Shown here: one piece after another, positions 26,769 to 40,451 of the stretch | Layout of the letters: the number at the start of each line of letters is the position of its first letter | How positions within the stretch are numbered: the stretch's first letter is position 1 | Translations under genes and position numbers: made by a program | From: Octopus vulgaris | Lineage: Eukaryota | Reading direction: 5' to 3' | Assembly (NCBI GenBank): GCA_951406725.2 | Contig: OX597814.1 | Coordinates: 184,512,001 to 184,576,000 of the forward strand | DNA length: 64,000 bases | Notes under the pieces: generated by a model | Seen by the model: the letters and a program-made list of their open reading frames with translations, nothing else | Database searches by the model: none | What the model was told of the DNA's origin: nothing

Positions 26769-27042
26769 CTAATTGATGTATCAATACCGGCTGATGACAA
26801 CGTGTCTCTAAAAGAAATGGAGAAACTCTCAAAATACAAAGACCTGGAAATAGAGGTAACCAGAATGTGGAATCTGAAAACAGAAACAATTCCTATCATA
26901 GTAGGTGCATTAGGCATGATAAAAAAAATATTCAGACAAATACATAACAAAAACACCAGGACTTACAAACACATATAACATACAGAAAATTGCACTACTA
27001 GGCACTGCACACATCCTACGCAGAACACTTTCCATACAATAA
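26769..27042 (+). pseudogene. Restriction-like endonuclease (RLE) C-terminus, frameshifted
   Basis: LIDVSIPADDNVSLKEMEKLSKYKDLEIEVTRMWNLKTETIPIIVGALG ... IQKIALLGTAHILRRTLSIQ*. Confidence 0.88.
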
Positions 27043-27136
27043 CCATCAGAGCATCACAACAAATCACAGCACATACCCAAGGCACACAGAGCTGTGCTCG
27101 GTAGTGAAGTGAAAGCACGCTATAAAAATAAAACTA

Positions 27137-27229
<93 letters not shown>

Positions 27230-27263
27230 TTAGGTATGAGAACCCAGGTTCGAAATTTCCCCA

Positions 27264-27307
27264 AGCCACCTGATGAAGACTGGAGAGTATATCAGCCGAA
27301 ACGTGTT
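27264..27307 (+). ncRNA. Degenerate sister hammerhead of 25400-25447
   Basis: CTGATGA-A-GACTG...CAGCC-GAAA-CGTGTT; a small deletion affects the cleavage site. Confidence 0.55.
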
Positions 27308-28299
27308 AACAACAAAAAAGGACAAATATCCGTCAAATGTAAATAATGTAAATAATGTAAACAAGTAGTGCTCTCAACTATATCAGCTAGACTAATTATT
27401 ACTTTGCAAGGTAATTGTAGCCGATATCACAGCCAGACGGTAATAATGCTTGAAAATAATTTAGTAATGAAATATATATGTTTTAGAGAATGATTCACGA
27501 TTTTAAAACGTGAACTTTATCCCTAGTGTGCTCTATTCAGTAGAATATGTGAACAATTACATTTCACTAAGATTGTGTCTCTTATTTTATCCTATAACAT
27601 TTTATGAAATATGATTTTTACCTTCATTGCCTTTGATTTTTCTCCTGTAGCGTGTCTCGAGAAGAAAAGAAAACCTTCGTCTTATAAACATTTATAATAT
27701 AGCACATTACTTTTCAGAACATTACGCCTCGTGCTCTGTTATAACCTCATTTGTATTTAACAACAAATATAGTATCATCATTCAGCTATACTTGGATGAG
27801 GTAAATGATGAATGGATTTTCGAAATGATTTCGAACGTAAGATTGCTTAAACCTATAAACATGGATATCTTAAGGATCTCTGCTCAAATGATCAGCTACT
27901 AATGGGCAGGAGATGTAAATCTTTCACTGAGATATACAGCTATACGATTTACCTTGATTAACTTGAATAATTTGTGCCATATTCATAATGTCGATCACAG
28001 TAACTAAAAACGAAAAAGTTGTCATCCCAAAGCAGCGTTATTGGCTTAATAGTTTGTCTTTTCAAATGCTCGAGGAAACATTTTGCCTCTTGTACATACT
28101 TGCGTAAAAAGATATCTCTTTAAAAATACTACATGCAACTGATGTATTTGTTTTATTTTTTAAACCAAGCTATGTGTACACTTCTAAAACCTTAACAACA
28201 ATGCATGTAAAGAAATCTATGATTCAGTGGAGGGGAAAAGCTGAAAGAGCAAACTAACAAAAATTGTTAATGAAATGAATTCTTCTAATAAACATGCTA

Positions 28300-28480
28300 A
28301 AGGTGATGAGTGGCATGTCGGACAAAAATAGTTAGCGGCGTTCTTCTAGTGCTTTGAAATCGTACCAAAGTCACCTTTGATTTTCATCCTTTCAGGGGTC
28401 GATAAAATAAACTTCCTGTGAATTACTGAGATCGATGTAATCGATTAACCTCCTCCCCTCAGAATTTCTGGTCTTGAACA
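28300..28480 (+). mobile_element. Diverged SINE family B
   Basis: ctttgattttcatcctttcaggggtcgataaaataa...atcgatgtaatcgatt. Confidence 0.6.
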
Positions 28481-28729
28481 CAGAAATAGCCCGGCATCTG
28501 TTTCTGAGAAAATGTTACAATCGCGGTCACTTATACGCCATGAAATCGAGTAACTACCTTGGGTGGTAGGGTTCGAGGAAAAGTAATAAAATAAGCATGT
28601 TAAGTCTAAATTAAATGGTCGACTTTTCAGATAAAACAAAATATTTTCAGAATGATCAGAATGATCAGAATGAAACAGAAAAAAATTTAGGTATCTATTT
28701 TCTTTTCTTTTTTTACTTTTGCAGTTATT

Positions 28730-29087
<358 letters not shown>

Positions 29088-30645
29088 TACAATGTCTGCA
29101 ATATTCTTTTAAAACATTCTAATTTTGAACACAGCAATGGAAATGTTCGGTTTAATACATATTACATAAAGACTTGAAATACCTCAGTTCTGTTGTCGAT
29201 ATAGCTTTAATTGTATTATAAAATTTACACATTGTATTAAATAAACAGAATAAAAATTAACTGCAATGAAACATTAAAAAATATCGTGTTTATTGCAAAC
29301 ATTAGCAAATTCTGTAAAAATATTTTGCTAAAACATTCTATCTTTAATGTTACCATAAATATATTTTTAAAGCTTATTGTCGTAGATTTTATTTCCTAAA
29401 ATATTGACGTATTACAATGGGCGTCGCTGATTTTGTTAGAAAGTAGTATCAATGAACAATTTTGAAAAAAGATTTTGAATAGGTTTTCAATGACGATTTA
29501 GTTATCAGAGGACGATTTTGCTTTCTAAAACGTATTTCTTCCATGCCGTGTAGTGAAACTATTCATTAATACAATTATAGTCAACTCCAGTAACTATAGA
29601 CATATTTTTAAAATCTCTCTTATTATTTAACTAGAGGCGATTTCTTTTCATGGACACTTCCCAACACGTAGAAAAGGCTGTATTTTCTAATTATTCTTAC
29701 GAGAAGTTGCATCAGTCAACCTTTTTCAGTCCAATCTCCGACCATATTTGGTGTTGCCACAAAATAACTTCACCAAAAACTTGGTCTTATTTCTGTTTTC
29801 TCAACGTGGCTGATTGATCGTCTGCACGTGATTAGTCAAATGTCTAGTATATTTCTTCCTTGCGGAGGGTCGCATTGCACATAGTCAATGTATGTTGCGT
29901 TACAGAAACTCTCATATCTGGAATTACATGTCTGCAAGACCCCTCGAAGCCTCCGCGAAGTGGAAAAATTGACTCCGACTCTAATACATTTTTAATTCAG
30001 ATAACGTGCATCCCAGGAAAAATCTTCGGAGATAAGTAGGCAATTGATGCAGCTTGTATTTTAATGTTTGCATTTCATTCAGGATTGACGGTAGAAGACA
30101 TTTTGTGTTTTGTCTTTGACACAAATAGTGACCAGGACAGAAATACATAATTCATTATGAATGTGTTCTGTTGTCGGTCAGTTCTTTTTCAGCTGCTGAC
30201 CATCTGTTTTGGTTATATTGACTTTTTCTCTTGCTATATGTAAATCAAAGTTACTTTACCTTTCTTTTTATATTTTTGATAACGTGGAAACTATGAATTT
30301 CTATCAGATGTAAAACGTTATTTTCTCCGTTTGCAGGCGACAAATATTGATATATATTTAAAGCTATGAGTTTCAAAATTCAGGCCTTTCCTTATCTAAG
30401 TATATGAAGAAAAATATTAATAAATAAAAGTTTGCGGAAAAATCATTCAAAGAAGAGAATAAAAGATAAGGAAGAAAGATATGATAGAACAAAAACTGGA
30501 AATAATTTTGATTGATTTATAAAAAATTCATATGAGTATATTCTGAAACAGAACACAAGCGATATTTTGTTAAAACGATGCAAAAGCACCTTGCGGAGAA
30601 CGATGTGTAACAACAACATCTATTAGTCTGGTCAGTCACATGATG

Positions 30646-30694
<49 letters not shown>

Positions 30695-30697
<3 letters not shown>

Positions 30698-30972
30698 GAG
30701 GAGCGTGGCTTAGTGGTTAGGGTGTCAACATCAGTGGAGGCGTGTGGCTTAGTGGTTAGGGTGTCAGCATCATGATCGTAAGATTGTCGTTTCGATTTCT
30801 GGACGGGGCGACGCGTTGTGTTCTTGAGCAAAACACTTCATTTCACGTTGCTCCAGTCCACTCAGCTGACAAAAAGGAGTAACGCTGCGATGGACTGGCG
30901 TCCTATCCAGCTGAGGAACGCATACGCCACAGAAACCGGGCCCATGAACCTGGATAGGCTTTAAAGGACGCA

Positions 30973-30975
<3 letters not shown>
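30695..30975 (+). mobile_element. tRNA-derived SINE family D with tandemly duplicated 39 bp head
   Basis: gtggagg..tggcttagtggttagggtgtc..catca twice, gtttcgatt B box, ttcttgagcaaaacactt (CORE-like) and ctgcgatggactggcgtcc..tccag (V-domain-like). Confidence 0.8.
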
Positions 30976-31058
<83 letters not shown>

Positions 31059-31060
31059 TA

Positions 31061-31467
31061 GGCGCAGGAATGGCTGTGTGGTAAGTAGCTTGCTAACCAA
31101 CCACATGGTTCCGGGTTCAAGTCCCACTGCGTGGCATCTTGGGCAAGTGTCTTCTGCTATAGCCCTGGGCCGACCAATACCTTGTGAGAGGATTTGGTAG
31201 ACGGAAACTGAAAAAATCCCGTCGTATATATGTATGTATGTATGTGTGTGTTTGTGTGTCTGTGTTTGTGCCCCTAGCATTGCTTGACAACCGGTGCTGG
31301 TGTGTTTACGTCCCCGTCACTTAGCAGTTCGGCAAAATAGACCGATAGAATGAGTACTGGGCTTACAAAGAATAAGTCCCGGGGTCGATTTGCTCGACTA
31401 AAGGCGGTGCTCCAGCATGGCCGCAGTCAAATGACTGAAACAAGTAAAAAGAGTAAAAAAAAAGAGT
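31061..31467 (+). mobile_element. SINE family A, full length
   Basis: Complete head, internal microsatellite and tail. Confidence 0.93.
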
Positions 31468-31871
31468 ATATATATAAGTCAGTACGATTGATTCCTTACA
31501 TTTACAATGTGTCTTTCCAATCTAATAACTTCGAATCTACATGATTCAACTCATATAAAAGAATATAAGGAGTGAATTATCAAAATACGTTTGCTCGCAA
31601 TGTAGAAGAAATTGAATCAAAATGCCTAGTCATCAGAGATATCACGATGTTGAACATAAACGTTATCGTCTCTAATATAGCAATAAAATCGAGTGGTAAC
31701 ATAAGGTTTGCATCAATTATTGGTCAGTTAAACTACGCGAACGAGGTATTGAAGCGATAGTTAAATTCTAACTGAGCATTATTAGAACTCAGAACATATA
31801 ATGCTAATTTGCACGCACCCACGCATATACGCACATACACACATAGATAAAAGTATAAATATAAATATATT

Positions 31872-31907
<36 letters not shown>

Positions 31908-31908
<1 letters not shown>

Positions 31909-32295
31909 TAGCAGTATCGCCCGGCGTTGCTCGGATTTGTAAGGGAAATAACTATAAAGCATTTTTAGAGAGTTATAGCCAAAAAAATAGCAAAAAATAC
32001 ATTAAAAATGGAAAAAAAATGATGGTAATTTTTTTAAAATCGTTGACTCATCGTAGACATTTTTAGAGAGTTACTTCCCTTTAAAAAAATATGCATTAAA
32101 ATAGAAAAAAATGATGGTAAATTATTTTAAAAATCGTAGACTCATCGTAGACGCGCGCTAATACCCTGAAGGGCTCGATATGAATCACGACTATAAGATA
32201 CCCGGTTTTGGTTAAACTGCACCGCAAAATGTGGGAGTAGTTAGGAATCTAAATCGGAGTAGACAGACACACAACCTTACTTTTATATATAAAGA
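31908..32295 (-). mobile_element. Non-autonomous Helitron
   Basis: Minus strand starts A|TCTTTATATATAAAAG and ends with hairpin ccgagcaacgccgg then CTAG|T; no TSD; internal ~98 bp tandem duplication. Confidence 0.85.
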
Positions 32296-32895
32296 TATAT
32301 ATATTTGTGTCTTTACCCATTTGTATATATACCCATTTATATATAGGTATATAGATATATACATATATATGTTGATATATAAGCATGCGTATCTATGTAC
32401 ATATACATTCATATATATAAGTATATATCTGTGTGTTTGTGTGTTTGAGTGTGTGTGTGTGTGCGTGTGTGTGCGAGAGAGAGTGTGTATGTGCATTGTC
32501 ATTTGCAAAGAAGCACACATGATGACCAGATTACCTCCATTATTCATGTGATAATTACTTTGATATCTTCCATTTTCATACTGAAAACTAACGTCTCGGT
32601 TTCTTTTCTTTGCGTTTGTTCTACGTTCACCGCCCCACACTTTATCTAATATCAAATATTGAACGAAGACGACTAACAAGGTCATGATTGAAGCTATCAA
32701 TTGACTTCAACAAGCAGTCTAATTACGGACTCTTCTTAACTGTTTTGATATCACCCCTTGTACTGCTAATGAGATCATGAAAATGGATAAACCCGCTTTG
32801 ACCTATATTGCAAAATTAGCGTCTTCACTGATTTTTCGATAAATTCAAATAACTTCTGGCAACCTTTCTAGTATTCCTTTACACACACAGACACA

Positions 32896-32942
<47 letters not shown>

Positions 32943-32985
32943 GCACATACACACACACATATATATACACATATGAGTGTGTATG

Positions 32986-33027
<42 letters not shown>

Positions 33028-33228
33028 TAGATGGATAGTTAGATAGATACATGCATACGTACACACATGCAAGCATATAAACACATAAGTACACACCTAC
33101 GTGTGTGTGTGTGTCTGTGTGTGTGTGAATTGTAATTTTCATTTATTTTCTCTCCTTGATATTATTCATCACTTGCCAGAGTTTCTCAAATGGGAGAAGA
33201 GCCAAAATCATGTCTGTATATGAGTGTA

Positions 33229-33292
<64 letters not shown>

Positions 33293-33620
33293 CGTATATA
33301 TACACTTTATCACACAAAGCATTCATTCTCGTAGAAAACCTATACAAATTTTAATAATCGTTTCACTAGTGTGCAGTTCTTCAGCCTCCCAAGATATAGA
33401 ACCATTATGAGTGCTTATTTTGCTCTCATAAGTCTTTATTCAAAAGTAATATATACAAGTTATTTCATTATACGAAGTTTCACTTCATTTCGTTCATTAG
33501 GTATATGCATACATGAAAGTCTACATCTGTGAATTCATTTCAGTTCATTTCGCTTAAGACTTACACACAAAAATTCATTGATATATTCATAATTACACAC
33601 AAACACGCACGCACGCACTC

Positions 33621-33680
<60 letters not shown>

Positions 33681-33733
33681 ATATAATTCAGAAAGTAATG
33701 CAAACAAAAATTGCATTACTTTCTGTCTAACTT

Positions 33734-33839
<106 letters not shown>

Positions 33840-34166
33840 CGCGAGTTAATGCGTGCATATTTATAGAATTGTGTACACATATATGTGTGTCTATCCGTGT
33901 ATATATATATATATACGCATACATACATACACACATACATACATACACACACATATATACATGCATGTAAGCATCAAATTGATGTACACACCTCCCATGA
34001 AAACCCAATAAGTTTCGAAAATCGATTTAGGTTGGTCATCATTTTTCAATCTACGAAGAAACAGCTAAATTAGCCATGTTTATATAGGTTACACACGCGC
34101 ATGTTTATATAGGTCACACGTACGTATACATATGCATATACATACATACACACATATATATATATA

Positions 34167-34225
<59 letters not shown>

Positions 34226-35700
34226 TTTGTGTGTATATATATATATATATATTTACATATATATATATAGATATATAGATATACATATACATACATAGAT
34301 ACATACAAACATAGATACATACATACATATGTATACATAGGCCGATTTATAAATATACAGATAGATGGATAAATGAATACAAGTTTAGGTTTCGGGATTT
34401 ATCTGTAATTACCCAGAGTTAAATAGGGGAATATAATGTACAATTGTACAATAACAAAAAAAAAACTTTTAGGAGTAAATTCTGAATTTAGTAGTATCTA
34501 ATAAATTAGCATTTGTGTTAAGTAATTCAATAAATATAGGTGTTGAGTCTAAAATTTATCAATGAAAATAAGATGGGAATATTGAATGGTTAGTGTTGTG
34601 AATATAATTATTAATTATGAGTATGTTAAAGTAGAAAAAGGGACTAATTAATATGTGCAACGTATTTTATTTGAATACGATGATTATAGAGATAAAATCT
34701 GCATCGGATAGGTATCGTATAATAATAAACAAGTAAAATCAGTAAATTAAAAAAAATATGTATACAGGTATGTATAAAATAAATAAATATTTATGAAGCT
34801 TGTAAAAATCAGGGGGACTGTCTAACGTATGCACCGGCTTTTATAAAAAATGTAAGGTTTATGTCTATAAATTCAGAATCAAATAGATTAATAGAAAAAA
34901 TAAATAAGAAATATGCATATATAACAAATATGACGAATAAAATAAAAATGATAGCTCATCAAAACATAAAATAAAGTGAAATAAAATAAAAATAAAAAGT
35001 AATACAAAATTAAGATACAGTAAATTAAATCAAATTAAATATTAAAAAATCTGTTAAAGTGTTAAATTATATATTTGACATATATATATTTTTTTAGGGA
35101 TAAAAGAAAAATATCAGCTCGTTGCCTATAGTAATGTAAAATAGATAAAGGATAGCGGAACGGGTGTTAAGAACAAAAATATGTTCTAATAGGTATCTAA
35201 TTTTTAAATAGAGTATTAAACTAAGTGAATTAATAGTAGGTGTTTAAAAACAAATTTTGATGTGATAATAATACTTGACAGTAAGAAAGCATGAGGAGGA
35301 CATATCAAGGTTCTCATTAAAGTATTGTTTACCGTACAGAAATATATTTCGTAATTTGATATGTGTATCGGGTATGATGTTTATATAGTAAAAAGAGAGG
35401 GAAAATATGAATGTAGCAATTTCCTTAGCATTAAAAATATGAATGTGGCAACTTCCTTGGCATTAAACCATATGCTTGGAGATTCCCATCATCCACATGT
35501 ACGACTGAAACATATATGTAGATTATGTTTAATGTTTTTATTAAAATTTCTTGAGCTTTCAACTTACAATCAATTTATTTATTTGTAATGATTTTTTAAG
35601 AAAAATCGTCATCTTTTTATAACATGCAACTAAAATCAGTAATTACATCCATTTATTCTTCATTTTATTCTTGCTTTTCCTCAATATAAATGTATGTATG

Positions 35701-35747
<47 letters not shown>

Positions 35748-35952
35748 CATACACATATATACATATACAAATATATATATATACATAAACACACACATGT
35801 ATATTATATATGCATATAATATATATATATATTATATGTATATATGTATATATGTATACGTATATATATACATATATATATATACATGTATGTATATATG
35901 TATATATATATATAGAGAGAGAGAGAGACAGACAGACAGATAGATTGGTAGG

Positions 35953-36022
<70 letters not shown>

Positions 36023-37228
36023 TGTTTCTTTATTAGCCACACAGGGCTGCACACAGATAGAACAAATTACAAGGTAGAGCTTTTCTTTTGAAGGTTAAAA
36101 AAAAAAAAAAAAGGAAAGGGGGGAGTTTCGATCAAAAGGGATCGTAAAAGGAGAGAAAGAGGACAAAAAAGGGGGAGTTAAAAAAGGGGGAGAGGAAAAA
36201 AAATTGATCAATAGGGATCGTTATCACAGAAATGTCAATATGAAGTGTAAAGGGGAGGACAGGTGAGGTTTACCCGTGGAAAGAACAGCCTACGGAAAAG
36301 ACCACGGTAACCTCGGTCAATGAAGTCACATTTTATATTTCTTTTTTTTTTTTTTTTTGCAAATAAGCAAATCTCTGTTTTCAATTTCTGGGTTCATAGG
36401 ATTATGCTCAAGGTGGCTTCGTCATTCATACGTGCCATTCTTGCTACATTCACCCATCTTTTTTAAACATTCGCTAGACAAAACTTGCCTCTCTACTCTC
36501 ACTTTCCTTTTCAAGTGGTACTTGAAGAAGTTGATGAGAGATTGACCAGAGAGGAAAGTGTTTGTCTCCAATCCTTTCAGACGCGTCCACCAGATACATT
36601 CTTTCGCCATAGCCACAAGGATGATGAAAATAGCTCTTCCTTCCCGTTTGAAGGAAGGAGGCGTGACAATATTGACGATAGACTCAGCTGATAAACCGAC
36701 TCGTCCCACACGTGACAGCAGTTGTTCGACATAAGCCCACAGGTCGGAAATTGTTGGACACTGAACGAGTGCGTGCAGAACGGTTTTGTCGCTCTGACCG
36801 CATCTCGGGCAGGTCGGCCCCGTGTTTCTCGAGCCGTGTCTGTAGAGCTTATCCCGAACGGGTAGCGCTTCTCGGTAGCACTGCCAGGCCAGGGATCTCT
36901 GGAAGTTGTCCATGGGCCCTGGCCCGAAAGTCGTCCTGAACAGGCGGGTCAGGTACTCCTCGTCGACGTCCAGGTTCGCCCCGAGCTCGTCGTCGTACCT
37001 CCCCTCCACTAAACCCCTATAGAATGCTTTGGTTGTGTTGAAGTCACTTAAGGTCGACCCAGGACGGCAGAGTTGCTTGAGAGCAACGCGACACTCGCGG
37101 TGCCATTCGCCCTTCCTCGGCCTCTTTTTGATCCACGACTGCAGTTCGGTCATGGAGACGAGCTACGGGAAAGCGTGCCTCACAAACGGCGACCACACCT
37201 GTTCACCGTCGTCTACATAGAGCCAGAG
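36023..37228 (-). mobile_element. 5'-truncated Tx1-clade LINE inserted in (GATA)n
   Basis: ORF2 C-terminus with zinc knuckle, aataaa at the 3' end, (GATA)n on both flanks. Confidence 0.85.
36422..37226 (-). pseudogene. LINE ORF2 C-terminal region (zf-RVT-like CCHC)
   Basis: AWQCYREALPVRDKL...CPRCGQSDKTVLHALVQCP; an in-frame TAG lies upstream of 37153 and the frame continues to the truncation point. Confidence 0.85.
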
Positions 37229-37304
<76 letters not shown>

Positions 37305-38028
37305 GTATACTTTCTTTTCAAACACATTGATTTTCTTATCATCTTTCCACATTTATTTATTTATGTAAGGAAGGACTGGCGTGCGAAACGTCTCGATTTT
37401 TTTCATTTTGATTTAAGCATGAAGTTAATACATTTTTATAATATAAGCTTGCATATGCATATATTATGTATTTATATATATATATTGCTTGTATTTATGT
37501 ATCTTCGTATGCATGTATGTATGTGTATGTATATATAAGTGTGTTTGTACGCGTATACCATCTTTGGGTATCTAGCTCCTTGACTAAATATATCTACATA
37601 GCTGCCTTGATGTTCATCAGTTTGTATAAGCGAAAATAGTGGAATTTTCACATCCAGCGCTCAAAATAGGCGCGCGTGCATATTCGCACACATACACACA
37701 CATACGCACAAACAGATAGATAGGCGCATAATATCGCAATGAAAAAGAAAGGTACCATGTTTATCAAATTATGTAGACTGCAATAAAGATATTTTATCAT
37801 ATGATTTGTAAATAGATTCGGGAATAACACTACCATATATTTCAACATATCTGAGAATGTATAAAATATATGATGGATTTGATCAGCTTTATTTTTCATT
37901 TCTTTCACACACTCATACACACACAAGGACCACGCGTATAAATATGTATGACTGTACATATGCGAGAATATATATATATATATATATATATGTGCATGTA
38001 TACAGAGAGAAAAGGCCGGTGATAGAGG

Positions 38029-38090
<62 letters not shown>

Positions 38091-38263
38091 TTTAGTGCAG
38101 TAAATTATTTGAAAGGGAAAAATATAAATTTCATTATTTTCATTCACTAGAGACATTTATGAAAGTTTAGGCACTTTAATTTATGCATGTGTATATGGGT
38201 GTAGATATATATGCATATATATATATATATATATGAAACTATATATATGTGCATATACACGAG

Positions 38264-38294
<31 letters not shown>

Positions 38295-38298
<4 letters not shown>

Positions 38299-38815
38299 GC
38301 ATGGCTGTGTTAATATAATTAATATTTATGAGTATGTTAAAGTACAAAAAGGGACTATTTAATATGTGCACCGTGTTTTATTTGAATATGATGATTTTTT
38401 GTTTGTTTTTTTTTGCTGTAGTTTCAGGTGATAGCTGCGGCCACGCTGGTGCACCGAAATAAAATCTGGATCGGATACGTAGAAGACACTTGGGGAAGTG
38501 TCTTCTACTATAGCCCTGTGCCGATCAAAGCCTTTTGAATGGATTTGTTAGACCAAAACTGAGAGACGCCCGTCGTATGTAATGTATGTATATGCCTCTC
38601 CGTGTGTGTCTTTGTGTCTATTTCAGTTCGCCAGCACCGCTTGACAACTGGTGTTTGTGTGTTCATGTCCCGGTATCTTAGTAGTTCGGGAAAGGAGACC
38701 GAAAAAATAAGTACTAAGCTTTGAGAAATAAATACTGGGGCCGATTCCTTCGATTAAAACCCTTCTAGGCGGTGCCGTAGCATGGCTGCATTTGAATGAC
38801 TGAAATAATTACGAT
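38295..38815 (+). mobile_element. SINE family A interrupted by a copy of 34601-34710
   Basis: caggcatggctgtgt head, foreign segment, then aagtgtcttctactatagccc body and tail. Confidence 0.8.
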
Positions 38816-38817
38816 AG

Positions 38818-39269
<452 letters not shown>

Positions 39270-39958
39270 TATATATATATATATATATTATATATGTTAT
39301 ATATAAATATATACACATATATACATACATAATCGAACACACGTATACAAGGTAAAAATTCAAATATGTGAATCATCAAAAACAGCTCCAGGTATATAAA
39401 CAATATCAAACACACATACACAAGGTGTTTTACTAGTTCGTGGGCAGGCTGCGCTTATAGGCGTAAGAGAATATATTCTCTTCATGCGTCTGGTGTTAAA
39501 AGACCTGGAAGTCATAGATAACTCGCACTAGATTCATTAAGGAGCGATAGGCATCGATGTCTCTTCATTTTTGTGACTTTTCAATACCACATACCCGAAA
39601 CGAGGCCCCATGCAAGCAAAATCGCTGTCTATGACGATATGACCAATGGTGTAAGAAGTACCTGCTAGTATGTCCTGACGTTTTATGCCACCGACAAAAT
39701 TCAAATAGGACTGAAAAGCAGGTCGAGGGATATATAAATATATCGAGCACACATACACATGATATCCATTATAGTTGAATTCGATCGGTGTTGTCTCACC
39801 TGTCTATGCCTTCCAGGTATTTTAATACTCATCGTAATGAAGGAGTCGTCCACCAGACGCTATTCCACAGCGAACGGTGAATATGTATTGTGTACGTTCA
39901 GTCGATAATGTGTTCAAGACTAGCTCTGCTAGTGTAAGATATAACTATATATGTATGT

Positions 39959-40025
<67 letters not shown>

Positions 40026-40180
40026 ACAAGGGGAGAGAGGGAGAACAAGGGGTGAGAGAGGGAGAGAGAAAGAGGGTAGTTGTATACTGTCAACTTAATG
40101 TGACAGTCCCATGAAGAGAATCACACCACTGCCCGTCCGTTTGCCTCTATGTCTGTCTGTGCATCTCTGTATACCTGAAC

Positions 40181-40228
<48 letters not shown>

Positions 40229-40299
40229 TCTGTAAAAGATATAAATCCGAAAGAAGATATAGAGCAGTATATATTAAAAATGGTGAAGGTCGATTTATG

Positions 40300-40358
40300 G
40301 GATTACCTTAGGTTTCTCGTCCATAAAGGGTTTAGCTTTATGGTGTATCGTCAGATCC
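40300..40358 (-). ncRNA. Type I hammerhead ribozyme
   Basis: GGAT-CTGACGA-Taca CCATAAAG ctaaacc CTTTATGG acgA-GAAA-CC taa GG-TA-ATCC; all core nucleotides present, GUA cleavage triplet. Confidence 0.8.
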
Positions 40359-40451
40359 TAAAGCCTGTTGACCCAGGGCTTCGCAAGAATATTCTTAAGA
40401 GGCCTAGTGTCAACGGGTTTTGGTATCTGACGATACGCCATAAAGCTAAAC
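40330..40451. repeat. 122 bp gapless imperfect palindrome overlapping the HHR
   Basis: gtttagctttatggtgtatcgtcagat pairs with atctgacgatacgccataaagctaaac; centre aagaatattctt. Confidence 0.9.

Larger units (their letters stand above)
25752..27140 (+). mobile_element. Internally deleted R4/Dong-clade non-LTR retrotransposon inserted in (TAA)n
   Basis: N-terminal ORF with RRKWTREEY motif fused at ~26768 to an RLE endonuclease segment; 3' UTR runs into (TAA)n; no RT domain. Confidence 0.85.
25311..27357. mobile_element. Mirror-image tRNA-(TAA)n-HHR element (candidate Penelope-mobilised SINE) with 12 bp TSD
   Basis: TSD taaacaagtagt at 25299-25310 and 27358-27369. Minus arm: tRNA head 25658-25584, (TAA)n, tail 25494-25311. 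Plus arm: partial head 25659-25678, (TAA)n, tail 27229-27357. Confidence 0.8.

Noticed and set aside
34340-35660. Possible decayed PLE GIY-YIG region and GAAACATATATGTA motif
   Set aside because: Too degenerate: no continuous frame and no intact hammerhead core.
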